Shown here: one piece after another, positions 10,561 to 18,830 of the stretch
Numbering within the stretch: the first letter of the stretch is position 1
Layout: the number at the start of each line of letters is the position of its first letter
Assembly: GCA_020057295.1 (NCBI GenBank)
Contig: JAGVGF010000006.1
Location: 128,001 to 192,000, forward strand
From: an archaeon
Lineage (GTDB): Archaea; Nanobdellota; Nanobdellia; Woesearchaeales; UBA9642
Length of the DNA stretch: 64,000 nucleotides
Direction of reading: 5' to 3'
Program-made: the position numbers and the translations under genes
Notes under the pieces: generated by a model
Database searches by the model: none
What the model saw: only the letters and a program-made list of their open reading frames with translations
What the model was told of the DNA's origin: nothing

Positions 10561-11757
10561 ATGAAAAACAAAAATATGATAACAACAACCAGTGTTTGCA
10601 TATTAATATTAGCAATAATAGTAATTTCAGGTTGTGAGAATCAACCAATCACAGGACAAGTAATAAAAAATAATCAAAATGCTATTAATCAAAATCAAAT
10701 AGTAGAGAAGAATCCTGTGAAAGTTGGTGCGACATTAGCGCTCAGTGGAAATCTAGCATATATAGGAGTCAACGAACTTAATGGATTACAAATGGCCATT
10801 GACGAAATAAATAATAATATGTCAGACAAAGTAAAATTCAAATTAATAGTAGAAGACAATAAAGGAGATGCGAAAGAGGCAGTTACAACAGTTCATAAAT
10901 TAATAAATACAGATGAAGTAAATGTAATGTTTTCAGCATTTACGCAAGTAACAAACTCTGTTAAGGGAATAGTTTTCGACAGCGGAAAAATATTCATGTA
11001 CGCGTCAACATATCCGAACATTGCTAGAGAAAATAACAACACATTCAGAGATTATTTTGATGCAGGAGATCACGGATTAACAATGGCGAGAGTAGTTAAG
11101 AATAATAGATATACTAATGTTTATTTTTTAACAGAAAAATCTGATCAGTGTGCACTGTACGAGAAATCATTTAATGAAGAGGCAAAAAAGCTAGGAATAA
11201 AAATCATAGCAAGAGAAGAATATCAAGTTTCAGATCAGGACTTGAAAACAAATATAATAAAGTTAGATATGAAAAAAGGCAACGCGTTAGTAACATGTGC
11301 ATGGAGGCATCAGACAATACTGATGAAACAATTAAAAGAATTAGATATGCTGCAAATCCAAACATTTCATATGATAGCACCTTATTTTCCAGCAGCTAAC
11401 ACGCCAGAGATGAGAAAAATATATCAGGAAAATAATGCGATCACATCATGGTATGGTTTTGGAGAGACAAAAAATACGCAAAGACAACAAGAGTTCATAG
11501 ATAAATATAAATCAAAATATGGAATAGAGCCCACACCAGATGCAGCATATGCTTACGATGACATTTATGTTTTAGCAAATGCAATTAATGCTTGCAATTC
11601 AGATATTCAGAACAAAAAGTGTGTTGTAGAGCAACTAAAATTCACAAATTATGATGGAGTAGGAGGACACTTAGCATTTAACGACGAAAGATTATCAAAT
11701 AGAGAAGTTATATTCATGAAAATTGTTGAAGACAAGTGGCAAGTTATTACAGAATAA
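10561..11757 (+). CDS. LivJ/LivK-type substrate-binding lipoprotein
   Basis: Lipobox-like ISGC; VKVGATLALSG, VEDNKG and AAYAYD motifs of type I periplasmic binding proteins. Confidence 0.88.
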   Translation: MKNKNMITTTSVCILILAIIVISGCENQPITGQVIKNNQNAINQNQIVEKNPVKVGATLALSGNLAYIGVNELNGLQMAIDEINNNMSDKVKFKLIVEDNKGDAKEAVTTVHKLINTDEVNVMFSAFTQVTNSVKGIVFDSGKIFMYASTYPNIARENNNTFRDYFDAGDHGLTMARVVKNNRYTNVYFLTEKSDQCALYEKSFNEEAKKLGIKIIAREEYQVSDQDLKTNIIKLDMKKGNALVTCAWRHQTILMKQLKELDMLQIQTFHMIAPYFPAANTPEMRKIYQENNAITSWYGFGETKNTQRQQEFIDKYKSKYGIEPTPDAAYAYDDIYVLANAINACNSDIQNKKCVVEQLKFTNYDGVGGHLAFNDERLSNREVIFMKIVEDKWQVITE

Positions 11758-11768
11758 TCTTCTCATTC

Positions 11769-11817
11769 GATGCGTCTAGAAATATATGCTATCCCAAGAA
11801 ATATGCCTAGGCGCATC
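11769..11817. terminator. Inverted repeat between convergent genes
   Basis: GATGCGTCTAG...CTAGGCGCATC, 11-bp stem with one G-U on the + strand. Confidence 0.5.
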
Positions 11818-12529
11818 ATTTATTTTTCTTTCCGACTATCTTATTATAAATTTTTAATTCATCAGCTTCTGTTATTTCAAAGAATTTTCTAAAATATATG
11901 GAGATATTTTTTACATCACGCATTATTAATTCTTTAGCATTCTGTGCACTTGTTGTTGTTCCTTGTGAAAAATCTATGAATATTGGTTCTTCATTATGGT
12001 TTAGAATGTTGAATGGACTTAAATCTCCATGTATTAATCCTTTTTTGAATAATTTATGCATGTTATCCATAACTTTTTTATAGAATTTTTTAGGATCTTT
12101 AGGAGGAGAACTCTTTAATTCTTGTGCAGGATCAGTATCTCCAATAAATTCCATTAATAAAATATTATCTTTAAATGCTAAAGGTTGTGGAACTTTAATA
12201 ACTTCTCTTGCGAGCATTAAATTTCTATATTCTCGCTGTGTCCAAGAGAATATTATTAGTCTAGTGCGATTTTTAACATCAGAATATCTCGGATCATCTT
12301 TCAAATATTCGTACATTTTGCCGAAATTACAATTTTCTAAACGATAAATTTTAACAATAATTCTGTCATTACGCTTATTTACAGCGGTAAATATGTTGGC
12401 TTCTTTTCCTACAGATATTGTGCTCTCTAATCTTTCGAAATATCCTTGTGATTGCATCTGAAATAATAATTCCATAGAATGCTTACTAAACACATTTCCA
12501 TACACTTTCCATTCTTCCTTATTCTTCAC
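11816..12529 (-). CDS. rio1: RIO1 serine kinase
   Basis: ISVGKEANIF, VKIYR, IHGDLSPFNIL, IDFSQG. Confidence 0.95.
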   Translation of the reverse strand: MKNKEEWKVYGNVFSKHSMELLFQMQSQGYFERLESTISVGKEANIFTAVNKRNDRIIVKIYRLENCNFGKMYEYLKDDPRYSDVKNRTRLIIFSWTQREYRNLMLAREVIKVPQPLAFKDNILLMEFIGDTDPAQELKSSPPKDPKKFYKKVMDNMHKLFKKGLIHGDLSPFNILNHNEEPIFIDFSQGTTTSAQNAKELIMRDVKNISIYFRKFFEITEADELKIYNKIVGKKNK

Positions 12530-12598
12530 AAAATCATAGAATGAGACGATGTTTATAAAGTTAAAGAAAAAGATAATAAAAAAATAATTAAAAATAAT

Positions 12599-13966
12599 TT
12601 ACAAGTCGTCAGTTGTTAATACAGATAATCTTTCTGACTTAACACGTGTATCCATTCCTACTAAGAATTGAATATTAGCTCTTTCTGCAGCAGCTAACAA
12701 ATCTTTATCAACTATGTCATCTAATACTACTGCATATATTCCGCCGTTTAGGCTTTTTATTGTGCTAATCAATTCTGATACAGGTATTTTTCCTAAGATT
12801 GTTAACTTGTCATCAAGCATAAATGCTGCTCGTGTTCCAATCAAGTCTTCCATCATGTCGCCAAAGCTTTCAATCTCGTTTTGATTTGCCTGTCTTCTTA
12901 CTGCAGATGGTTGTACAGGTGCAGGTCTTGGAGGCATTGGAGCACTTGTTGGTGCTGACATTGGCCTTGGTGGTTGACTCGGACCATTTTGTGGTGGTCT
13001 TGGAGGCATTCCTTGCTGTGGTGGCCTTTGTGTTGGCATCATTGGCTTACTAGATTTCTTAACGCTGAATGTGTCTCCAGTTAAGTGATCTGGTTTTGCC
13101 TGATCTAATGCATTTTCTGGTGCATCACTTTTAACACCAATTTCTAGTTTAACTTGTTCAGCAGCAATTCTTGCTCTTAAACATTTATGAATTTCTTTCT
13201 TAGTTAATTCTTCTAACTCTTTACCATCTGGTGCTCTTGTTACGAAGTCTATGTCAGTAACCGATAATAATTCTTGTACTATCAAATTACCTCCTCTGTC
13301 TCCATCTACGAATACTGTAACAGTTTTCTGTTTACATAATTCTACGATGGTTGCAGGGATACTTGTTCCGTTGATTGCTATCGCATTCTTGAAACCGTTC
13401 TTTAACAAGTTAATAACATCTGCTCTTCCTTCTACCACAATTATTTCTGCTGCATCTGCTACTTCTGGACCTGCTGGTAATCTATCTCTACCGTATTCCG
13501 TTATTTCCATAACTCGAACTGATGCTGCTACTTCTTCTGCAATTTCTTGCGAGTTAGGAAGCACATTGTCTGTTAATGATCTTAACAATTCCTTTGCTCT
13601 CTCGATTACGAATTGTCTCTTGCTGATTCTGACATCTTCAATACTTTCAACACGTACTTTTGCATTACATGGACCTATTCTCTGAATTATTTCTAAAGCT
13701 GCTCCTATGATTGCTGTCTCTGCTTTATCCATTGAACTTGGTAGAACTATCTCTCCTTTGGTCTTACCGCCTCTAGTATCTAAATTTACTTCTATACGAC
13801 CAATTTTTCCGCTTCTTTGAAGCTCTCTTAACTCTAAATCTGCTCCAAGCAGACCTTCTGTCTGTCCAAATATTGCTCCTATAACATCTGGTTTATCTAC
13901 AACACCTTCAATTAAGATGGATGTATGTACGATATATTTTGAACTTACTGGATTAATTTTTCCCAT
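12599..13966 (-). CDS. dnaG: Archaeal DnaG (primase-like exosome-associated protein)
   Basis: GVVDKPDVIGAIFGQTEGLLG, TOPRIM VVEGRADV and DGDRGG; Pro/Gln-rich linker. Confidence 0.96.
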   Translation of the reverse strand: MGKINPVSSKYIVHTSILIEGVVDKPDVIGAIFGQTEGLLGADLELRELQRSGKIGRIEVNLDTRGGKTKGEIVLPSSMDKAETAIIGAALEIIQRIGPCNAKVRVESIEDVRISKRQFVIERAKELLRSLTDNVLPNSQEIAEEVAASVRVMEITEYGRDRLPAGPEVADAAEIIVVEGRADVINLLKNGFKNAIAINGTSIPATIVELCKQKTVTVFVDGDRGGNLIVQELLSVTDIDFVTRAPDGKELEELTKKEIHKCLRARIAAEQVKLEIGVKSDAPENALDQAKPDHLTGDTFSVKKSSKPMMPTQRPPQQGMPPRPPQNGPSQPPRPMSAPTSAPMPPRPAPVQPSAVRRQANQNEIESFGDMMEDLIGTRAAFMLDDKLTILGKIPVSELISTIKSLNGGIYAVVLDDIVDKDLLAAAERANIQFLVGMDTRVKSERLSVLTTDDL

Positions 13967-14283
13967 TTAAATCACTCTCATATTATTACTAATCATTTAT
14001 TATCCAGTCAAAAACTTTTAGAACAAGTTGTAATACTATCCAGAGCTTTAATAAATTCTACTACTTTGAAATGCTCTGATGTCGCCCATTTTTTTGCCAT
14101 AAATGAATCGAATGAGTATGAAACTTGTTCAATTATTGACTGATCACAAATCCTTATAAAAAAGATTTGTTGCCCGCACCACTAACTCCCATGTTCAAAG
14201 CTTGGCTTTCGCCGTTTGCTCCCACAGGTACTCTCTGTGTCGGGCTGAACGTATAAGCTTGATTAGGGCCTATACCTAATCGC
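13967..14283 (-). ncRNA. Putative ~300-nt structured 5' leader/ncRNA upstream of dnaG
   Basis: TATA TTTAAATA at 14300-14307 (minus). Stems: GATTAGG/CCTAATC, GTTCA/TGAAC, CACAG/CTGTG, GGC-GAAA-GCC, ACAAATC/GATTTGT, CAGTCAA/TTGACTG, GAACAAGTT/AACTTGTTC, CAGAGC/GCTCTG. GC-rich against background. Confidence 0.65.
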
Positions 14284-14310
14284 AGGAAAGGAAAGGCCAT
14301 ATTTAAATGT

Positions 14311-14362
14311 TGTGGAAAACGAGATTTTGTTTTCCACAGCTCAGAAATCTTGAGATTTTTGA
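14311..14362. repeat. Twin palindromes (REP-like or operator)
   Basis: TGTGGAAAAC-N8-GTTTTCCACA (perfect 10 bp) followed by TCAGAAATCT-tg-AGATTTTTGA. Confidence 0.65.
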
Positions 14363-14430
14363 TGTTGTAGAAGTTTAGGATATTATTTTATCTAGGAGAA
14401 TTTCTAGATTTTAAAATTTGAGAATAGTAT

Positions 14431-14528
14431 GTTGAGTCCAGTTCAGAGAGATAGTGCGATGGGTTGGTTTTAAAGGTATGCGGTTAACATACGTGGGCAA
14501 AATCGTGATACTGAACCTGGACCCCAAC
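14431..14528 (-). ncRNA. Putative 98-nt small RNA with paired ends
   Basis: 5' GUUGGGGUCCAGGUUCAG pairs with 3' CUGAACUGGACUCAAC; inner CGAU/AUCG and GUAUG/CAUAC stems; TTATAAAT box about 30 nt upstream (14553-14560). Confidence 0.6.
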
Positions 14529-14668
14529 AATAGTATAATCTAGAATGAACTTATTTATAAGTCTTATTAAGGATGCTTCTGTATTACTTCTACCCAATCT
14601 ATTAATAAATGTCTTCCTATGAAATACTATTAGGTTGTTAAAAACCTAAGCATATTGAGGTGATTTAG

Positions 14669-14812
14669 ATGAGAACGAGAGAACAAATTACTGAAGAACT
14701 TTTAAGGAAAGAAGAGCGAGTCAGGGCATGGGAACAAAAAAACATAGATCATTATGTTTATGATGAACCAAGATTAGAATATTTAGACATGTCTGATGAG
14801 GTGAGAATATGA
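14669..14812 (+). CDS. Micro-ORF, 47 aa (MRTREQITEELLRKEERVRAWEQKNIDHYVYDEPRLEYLDMSDEVRI)
   Basis: GAGGTGA SD 5 nt upstream; ATGA overlap with the next ORF; below the ORF-track cutoff. Confidence 0.6.
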   Translation: MRTREQITEELLRKEERVRAWEQKNIDHYVYDEPRLEYLDMSDEVRI

Positions 14813-14880
14813 TTTCACTAGAAGACTTATATTATGTGCCTATAAAAGATGATGATAGCTATTACATCACACAAGATTAA
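14809..14880 (+). CDS. Micro-ORF, 23 aa (MISLEDLYYVPIKDDDSYYITQD)
   Basis: Own GAGGTGA SD inside the upstream ORF; ATGA translational coupling. Confidence 0.45.
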   Translation: MISLEDLYYVPIKDDDSYYITQD

Positions 14881-15662
14881 TTAATTTTTCTTACTATTGT
14901 TATGAATCCTGAATGTATATTTGAGAGTGATCTCGGTCTAACAATTTGACCTTCAATTTTCCAGTCTCTTTCGATTATCTCTATAGATTTTATGTGTGAA
15001 TATTCGTGCGTTTTCACAAGTTCATTAAGAAAGGATTGTGCTTGAGTAACTTGGGGACAGTAGACTGCTATTAATCCCCCGATTTTTAATATCTTATCTA
15101 CTGAATGTATGGCTCTCCAAGGCTCAGGTAAATCTAACAAAACAACATCAACATTTTCTACAGGCAATACATCATATGCATCAGCTTTCTGTACAATAAC
15201 ATTTTTTAAATTAAAATACTCAACATTTTTTCGTACTTGTTCAAGATTCTTTTCTTCAACATCAAAGGTATATACTTCTTTAGCATATTGTGCTAAAAAA
15301 CATGCGCTTCCACCAGAACCTGCTCCCATATCTACAACAACACTATCTTTGTTTATGCCAGTTTCTGCAAGTATAAATCCTAAATCTTTTAGTGGAATTG
15401 TTTGAGCAAGTTTTCTTATGCCTTTGTATGAGTCCATAAAATTTGCATCAAATATGAAGAATTCTTTACCTTTACTAGATTTTATTACGGTTTCTTTTTT
15501 CTGTAAATCTTCCGTACTTATTACTCCTTCTGATGAATGGAAATCTTTAGAAATATCCTCAATAAAATATGTTTTACCTTCAGAAATAACTACAGATTTT
15601 TGTAGCTCATCAATATATTCTCTATGCTCTTTACGTACTAGAACTTTCTTAATCATAAACAA
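14877..15662 (-). CDS. trmI: tRNA m1A57/58 methyltransferase (TrmI/Gcd14 family)
   Basis: AQTIPLKD, VVDMGAGSGG SAM motif, LLDLPEPW, HSGFI. Confidence 0.9.
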   Translation of the reverse strand: MFMIKKVLVRKEHREYIDELQKSVVISEGKTYFIEDISKDFHSSEGVISTEDLQKKETVIKSSKGKEFFIFDANFMDSYKGIRKLAQTIPLKDLGFILAETGINKDSVVVDMGAGSGGSACFLAQYAKEVYTFDVEEKNLEQVRKNVEYFNLKNVIVQKADAYDVLPVENVDVVLLDLPEPWRAIHSVDKILKIGGLIAVYCPQVTQAQSFLNELVKTHEYSHIKSIEIIERDWKIEGQIVRPRSLSNIHSGFITIVRKIN

Positions 15663-15703
15663 GAGAATCGAATCCGAATATATAAAGATTTAGAAAAAAA
15701 GGA

Positions 15704-15786
15704 TCAGGTAGTAGTTCCGTCGTGGTTCTTTTTAATTGTTGGGGGTTTAAAAAGAATAATGGCCACTTCGGAACCACCCCACCTGA
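15704..15786 (-). ncRNA. 83-nt long hairpin with C-rich loop followed by a U-tract (3'UTR element, small RNA or terminator)
   Basis: UCAGGU/ACCUGA, UGGUUCCG/CGGAACUA, GUGG/CCAC, UUCUUUUUAA/UUAAAAAGAA; loop ACCCCCAACAA; T7 at 15694-15700 on minus. Confidence 0.6.
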
Positions 15787-15802
15787 ATGGGATTTATGTG
15801 AT

Positions 15803-16096
15803 TTATGTTACGTTTTCGAAATTTCCTTTCGACCTCTTTTTGTAATTATCAACACTTTTGTCGATGTTTTGTTTTTTTACGTTAATCTTGTCAGCATTGA
15901 CTTCTATCTCGCGTATGATATGACTATGATCTGAGAGATCTTTTGATGGAATAATCTTTAGGAGAATTCCTTCATTTTCAACAGTATACAAGTAGAATCC
16001 TGTACCTTCATCAATATTTAACTCACGCCGTACATCTTTTGGAATCACAATCTGTCCACGCTTGTCGCTTTGAATTATCTTGGCAAATCTTCTCAT
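15803..16096 (-). CDS. AbrB/MazE/SpoVT-family DNA-binding protein
   Basis: DKRGQIVIPKDVRRELNIDEG swapped-hairpin signature. Confidence 0.9.
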   Translation of the reverse strand: MRRFAKIIQSDKRGQIVIPKDVRRELNIDEGTGFYLYTVENEGILLKIIPSKDLSDHSHIIREIEVNADKINVKKQNIDKSVDNYKKRSKGNFENVT

Positions 16097-16100
16097 TTTG

Positions 16101-16194
16101 TCTGAATATCAGATATTTATTCTGAAAGTATTAAAATAATCTATTTTTTCTGACTAAAATACCAAATTACTAAGTATTCTTCTGATTATCAGAA
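16101..16194. promoter_or_regulatory. Repeated TCTGA-N3-TCAGA operators upstream of the AbrB-family gene
   Basis: TCTGAataTCAGA (16101-16113) and TTCTGAttaTCAGAA (16180-16194), plus TCTGA half-sites at 16121 and 16149. Confidence 0.6.
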
Positions 16195-16308
16195 CAAAAG
16201 TTATATTTAAAACTTTCGAATTTGCAAATAAAGAAAAAATGGACGATGAATGGACGAGAAAGTAGAAAGTTAAAAAACAATAACTAAAAACATTTGCTTA
16301 AGAAATTA

Positions 16309-17196
16309 TTAATTTATTTTCATTACGACAAAACAATGTCCTAGACCTTCACTGTTACCAGTAGGATGTTGTACATTCTCAATTTTTCCCAAGCTAGGCA
16401 AATCTTCATCCTTAACTAATGCCCCACTCATAAACTGTGTTATAGAATCAGATATTATCTTATGAAATGCTTCTTCTGACAATCCGTAATCTAAAACCCC
16501 TTTCATTCGATTTAATTCATCATATTCTCTTTTTATTAACTTTAATTTATTCACATCAACAGATCCTGGCGTAGATTTGATATATTTGCCATCGACAAGG
16601 ATACATTTCTCTCCATCATAATCATATAACTCGCGCATTTTTATTGCTTTACTAACTATGTCTAAAGGCAAACTTCGCAAATTTGCTATCCCGTCAATTT
16701 GATACACATTTTTTTTCACACGCATCGAATGTCCAATCAAAGGTATTATATGATCATCAACTTTTGTGGTAATATACCATTGTGCATTACTTAATGATGC
16801 TGGTACTCCATGTTCTTTTAATTTTGATTCTAATATGTGTGTAAATCCCCTATACAAATGAGTGGTATCTTTTTTCAAATCTAAAGCATCTGTATTCAAC
16901 ACTATACTGTAGCACAATGTGTGTAATGGCGAAACATATACTGCAGCACCGCCTGTAGGTCTTACAGTAATATCTAGATTATGTGTTTTACAAAATGTTA
17001 GATCCAAATCATTAAGACTTTGATGTTGTGCAAGAATTATTCCTGGACTATGACTATATATTCTGGCTACTGCATGAAATGTTCCATCCTGAACTAAGTT
17101 AAGATATCTCTCATTAATCTGCATATTATAGGCAGGATTTAATGGTTGCTTCTGAACAAAACATATTTTAGATTCCAAATTCACACCTTCACCCAC
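16309..17196 (-). CDS. Lipoate-protein ligase/octanoyltransferase family (BPL/LplA/LipB fold)
   Basis: PAYNMQINE, VRPTGGAAVY, LCYSI; PDH operon nearby. Confidence 0.8.
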   Translation of the reverse strand: MGEGVNLESKICFVQKQPLNPAYNMQINERYLNLVQDGTFHAVARIYSHSPGIILAQHQSLNDLDLTFCKTHNLDITVRPTGGAAVYVSPLHTLCYSIVLNTDALDLKKDTTHLYRGFTHILESKLKEHGVPASLSNAQWYITTKVDDHIIPLIGHSMRVKKNVYQIDGIANLRSLPLDIVSKAIKMRELYDYDGEKCILVDGKYIKSTPGSVDVNKLKLIKREYDELNRMKGVLDYGLSEEAFHKIISDSITQFMSGALVKDEDLPSLGKIENVQHPTGNSEGLGHCFVVMKIN

Positions 17197-17266
17197 ATGT
17201 AAAGATAGAAAGGTATTTTATATAGTTTCCTAATAATATTTTATAAGTCTAATTCAAAATCTAATT

Positions 17267-17623
17267 CTAGAACGTACAACTCTTACAGTCTTGATTTTTG
17301 CATCTCTTGAAATCTTTATATTTTAATGTCCATAATTTTATTTGTTTGATTATGTCTATGAATTCTTCGCCACGTTTTGTTAATGAGTACTCTGATTTTA
17401 TTGGAATGGTTGTCGAATCTACTCTTTTTTGTATTACTCCTTCCCTTTCTAGTTCTTTTAATCTTGTAGACAACATTTTCGGCGTTAAAGTTGGCATCTT
17501 ACTCTTTATTTGATTATAACGCTTCCATTTTTCTTCGCCCTTATATAATTCTAGAAGTATTACTAAAGTCCATTTTTTACCGACCAAATTTGATGCATTG
17601 TATACAGCACATCCCGAATCCAT
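17267..17623 (-). CDS. HxlR-family winged-helix regulator
   Basis: GCAV...GKKWTLVIL...TPKMLSTRLKELEREG...EYSLT; N-terminal Cys and C-terminal Cys cluster. Confidence 0.9.
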   Translation of the reverse strand: MDSGCAVYNASNLVGKKWTLVILLELYKGEEKWKRYNQIKSKMPTLTPKMLSTRLKELEREGVIQKRVDSTTIPIKSEYSLTKRGEEFIDIIKQIKLWTLKYKDFKRCKNQDCKSCTF

Positions 17624-17786
17624 TTCTAACCTCTAATTTATGAATGCCAATAATATTAAAAAAACATAACTTATTTATATATCTAATGAATTTTATACCT
17701 AATATAATAAATATACCATAAATATATAATAAAAGCAAATTACAATAAATATACTTATTAAATAAATTATTTGAAAGAGGTGTGTA

Positions 17787-18800
17787 ATGTTTTTTCAGAA
17801 GAAGGCAGCGTTCTTTGAGTTAGAAGAATGGGAAAAAGATTATATTAAAAAAAATGTTAAAGGTATTAATGCAACATTTTTTGATAAGCCTTTAACTCTT
17901 GAAAATTTTTCAAAGGTAAAAAATATCGAAATTCTAGGAGTATTCATTTATTCTAAAATCGATAAAAATATTTTAGATCAATTACCTAAACTAAAATTTA
18001 TTGCAACAATGAGTACAGGTTTTGATCACATCGATATTACAGAATGTAAGCTTAGAAATATTACAGTTTCTAACGTGCCTTTTTATGGTGAAAATACTGT
18101 TGCTGAACATACATTTGCATTAATATTAAATCTTTCCAGAAAAATCACTGAATCTGTTCATCGTACACATAAAGGAGATTTTAATGTTGATGGATTAAGA
18201 GGATTTGACCTTAAAGGAAAAACATTAGGATTAGTTGGAACAGGTCATATTGCTGCACATGTTGCTAGAATGGCTCACGGCTTTGAAATGAATATTATAG
18301 GATATGATGTCACACAACATGAAGAACTGACCAGAGATTTCGGACTGAAATATGTTGATTTAAACACATTACTAAAAACTTCTGATATAATATCATTACA
18401 CTTACCATTAAATGATAAGACTAAATATATTATTAATAAAAAAAACATTTCATTAATAAAATCATCAGCAATAATTATTAATACTGCACGTGGAGGATTA
18501 TTAGAAACTGACGCATTATTCCGAGCATTACAAAATAAAAAAATTGCTGGTGCAGGCCTTGACGTTCTAGAAGAAGAAACCATAATCAAAGAAGAAAAAC
18601 AATTGCTTTCTAGAGAATTCCAAACTACTTACAATTCTAAAACTGTTTTACAAGACCACATGTTACTGAGATTTGACAATGTAATTATTACTCCACACAA
18701 TGCATTTAATAGTGTTGAAGCATTAAAAAGAATTCTAGATACGAGTATAGAAAATGTTCAGAACTATCTTAAGAATAATCCTTTAAATATTGTTAAGTAA
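17787..18800 (+). CDS. D-2-hydroxyacid dehydrogenase (D-lactate dehydrogenase-like)
   Basis: STGFDHID, NVPFYG, VAEHT, GTGHIA, INTARG, GLDVLEEE, ITPHNAF. Confidence 0.9.
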   Translation: MFFQKKAAFFELEEWEKDYIKKNVKGINATFFDKPLTLENFSKVKNIEILGVFIYSKIDKNILDQLPKLKFIATMSTGFDHIDITECKLRNITVSNVPFYGENTVAEHTFALILNLSRKITESVHRTHKGDFNVDGLRGFDLKGKTLGLVGTGHIAAHVARMAHGFEMNIIGYDVTQHEELTRDFGLKYVDLNTLLKTSDIISLHLPLNDKTKYIINKKNISLIKSSAIIINTARGGLLETDALFRALQNKKIAGAGLDVLEEETIIKEEKQLLSREFQTTYNSKTVLQDHMLLRFDNVIITPHNAFNSVEALKRILDTSIENVQNYLKNNPLNIVK

Positions 18801-18830
18801 ATTTATAAAGATTAAGGGCAATGTCATTCT

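Noticed and set aside
13967-14283. SRP RNA, RNase P RNA or 5S rRNA
   Set aside because: CAG-CCC...GGG-AGCA only partly resembles SRP helix 8 and lacks the GGAA loop and enclosing helix 5; no RNase P CR-I/CR-V or 5S consensus found by eye. A covariance search is needed to exclude them fully.
14431-14528. Y RNA or group I intron fragment
   Set aside because: The stem lacks the bulged C of the Ro60 site and no Ro60 gene is in the window; GTTCAGAGA resembles the intron R element but the other core elements are absent
15704-15786. Archaeal SECIS element
   Set aside because: The GAA/GA loop is only loosely similar, and no in-frame UGA or Sec-type motif is seen in neighbouring genes or the hydrogenase (DPCFSC has Cys)
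15803-16096. Type II toxin-antitoxin pair
   Set aside because: No PIN, MazF or RelE-like toxin ORF adjacent
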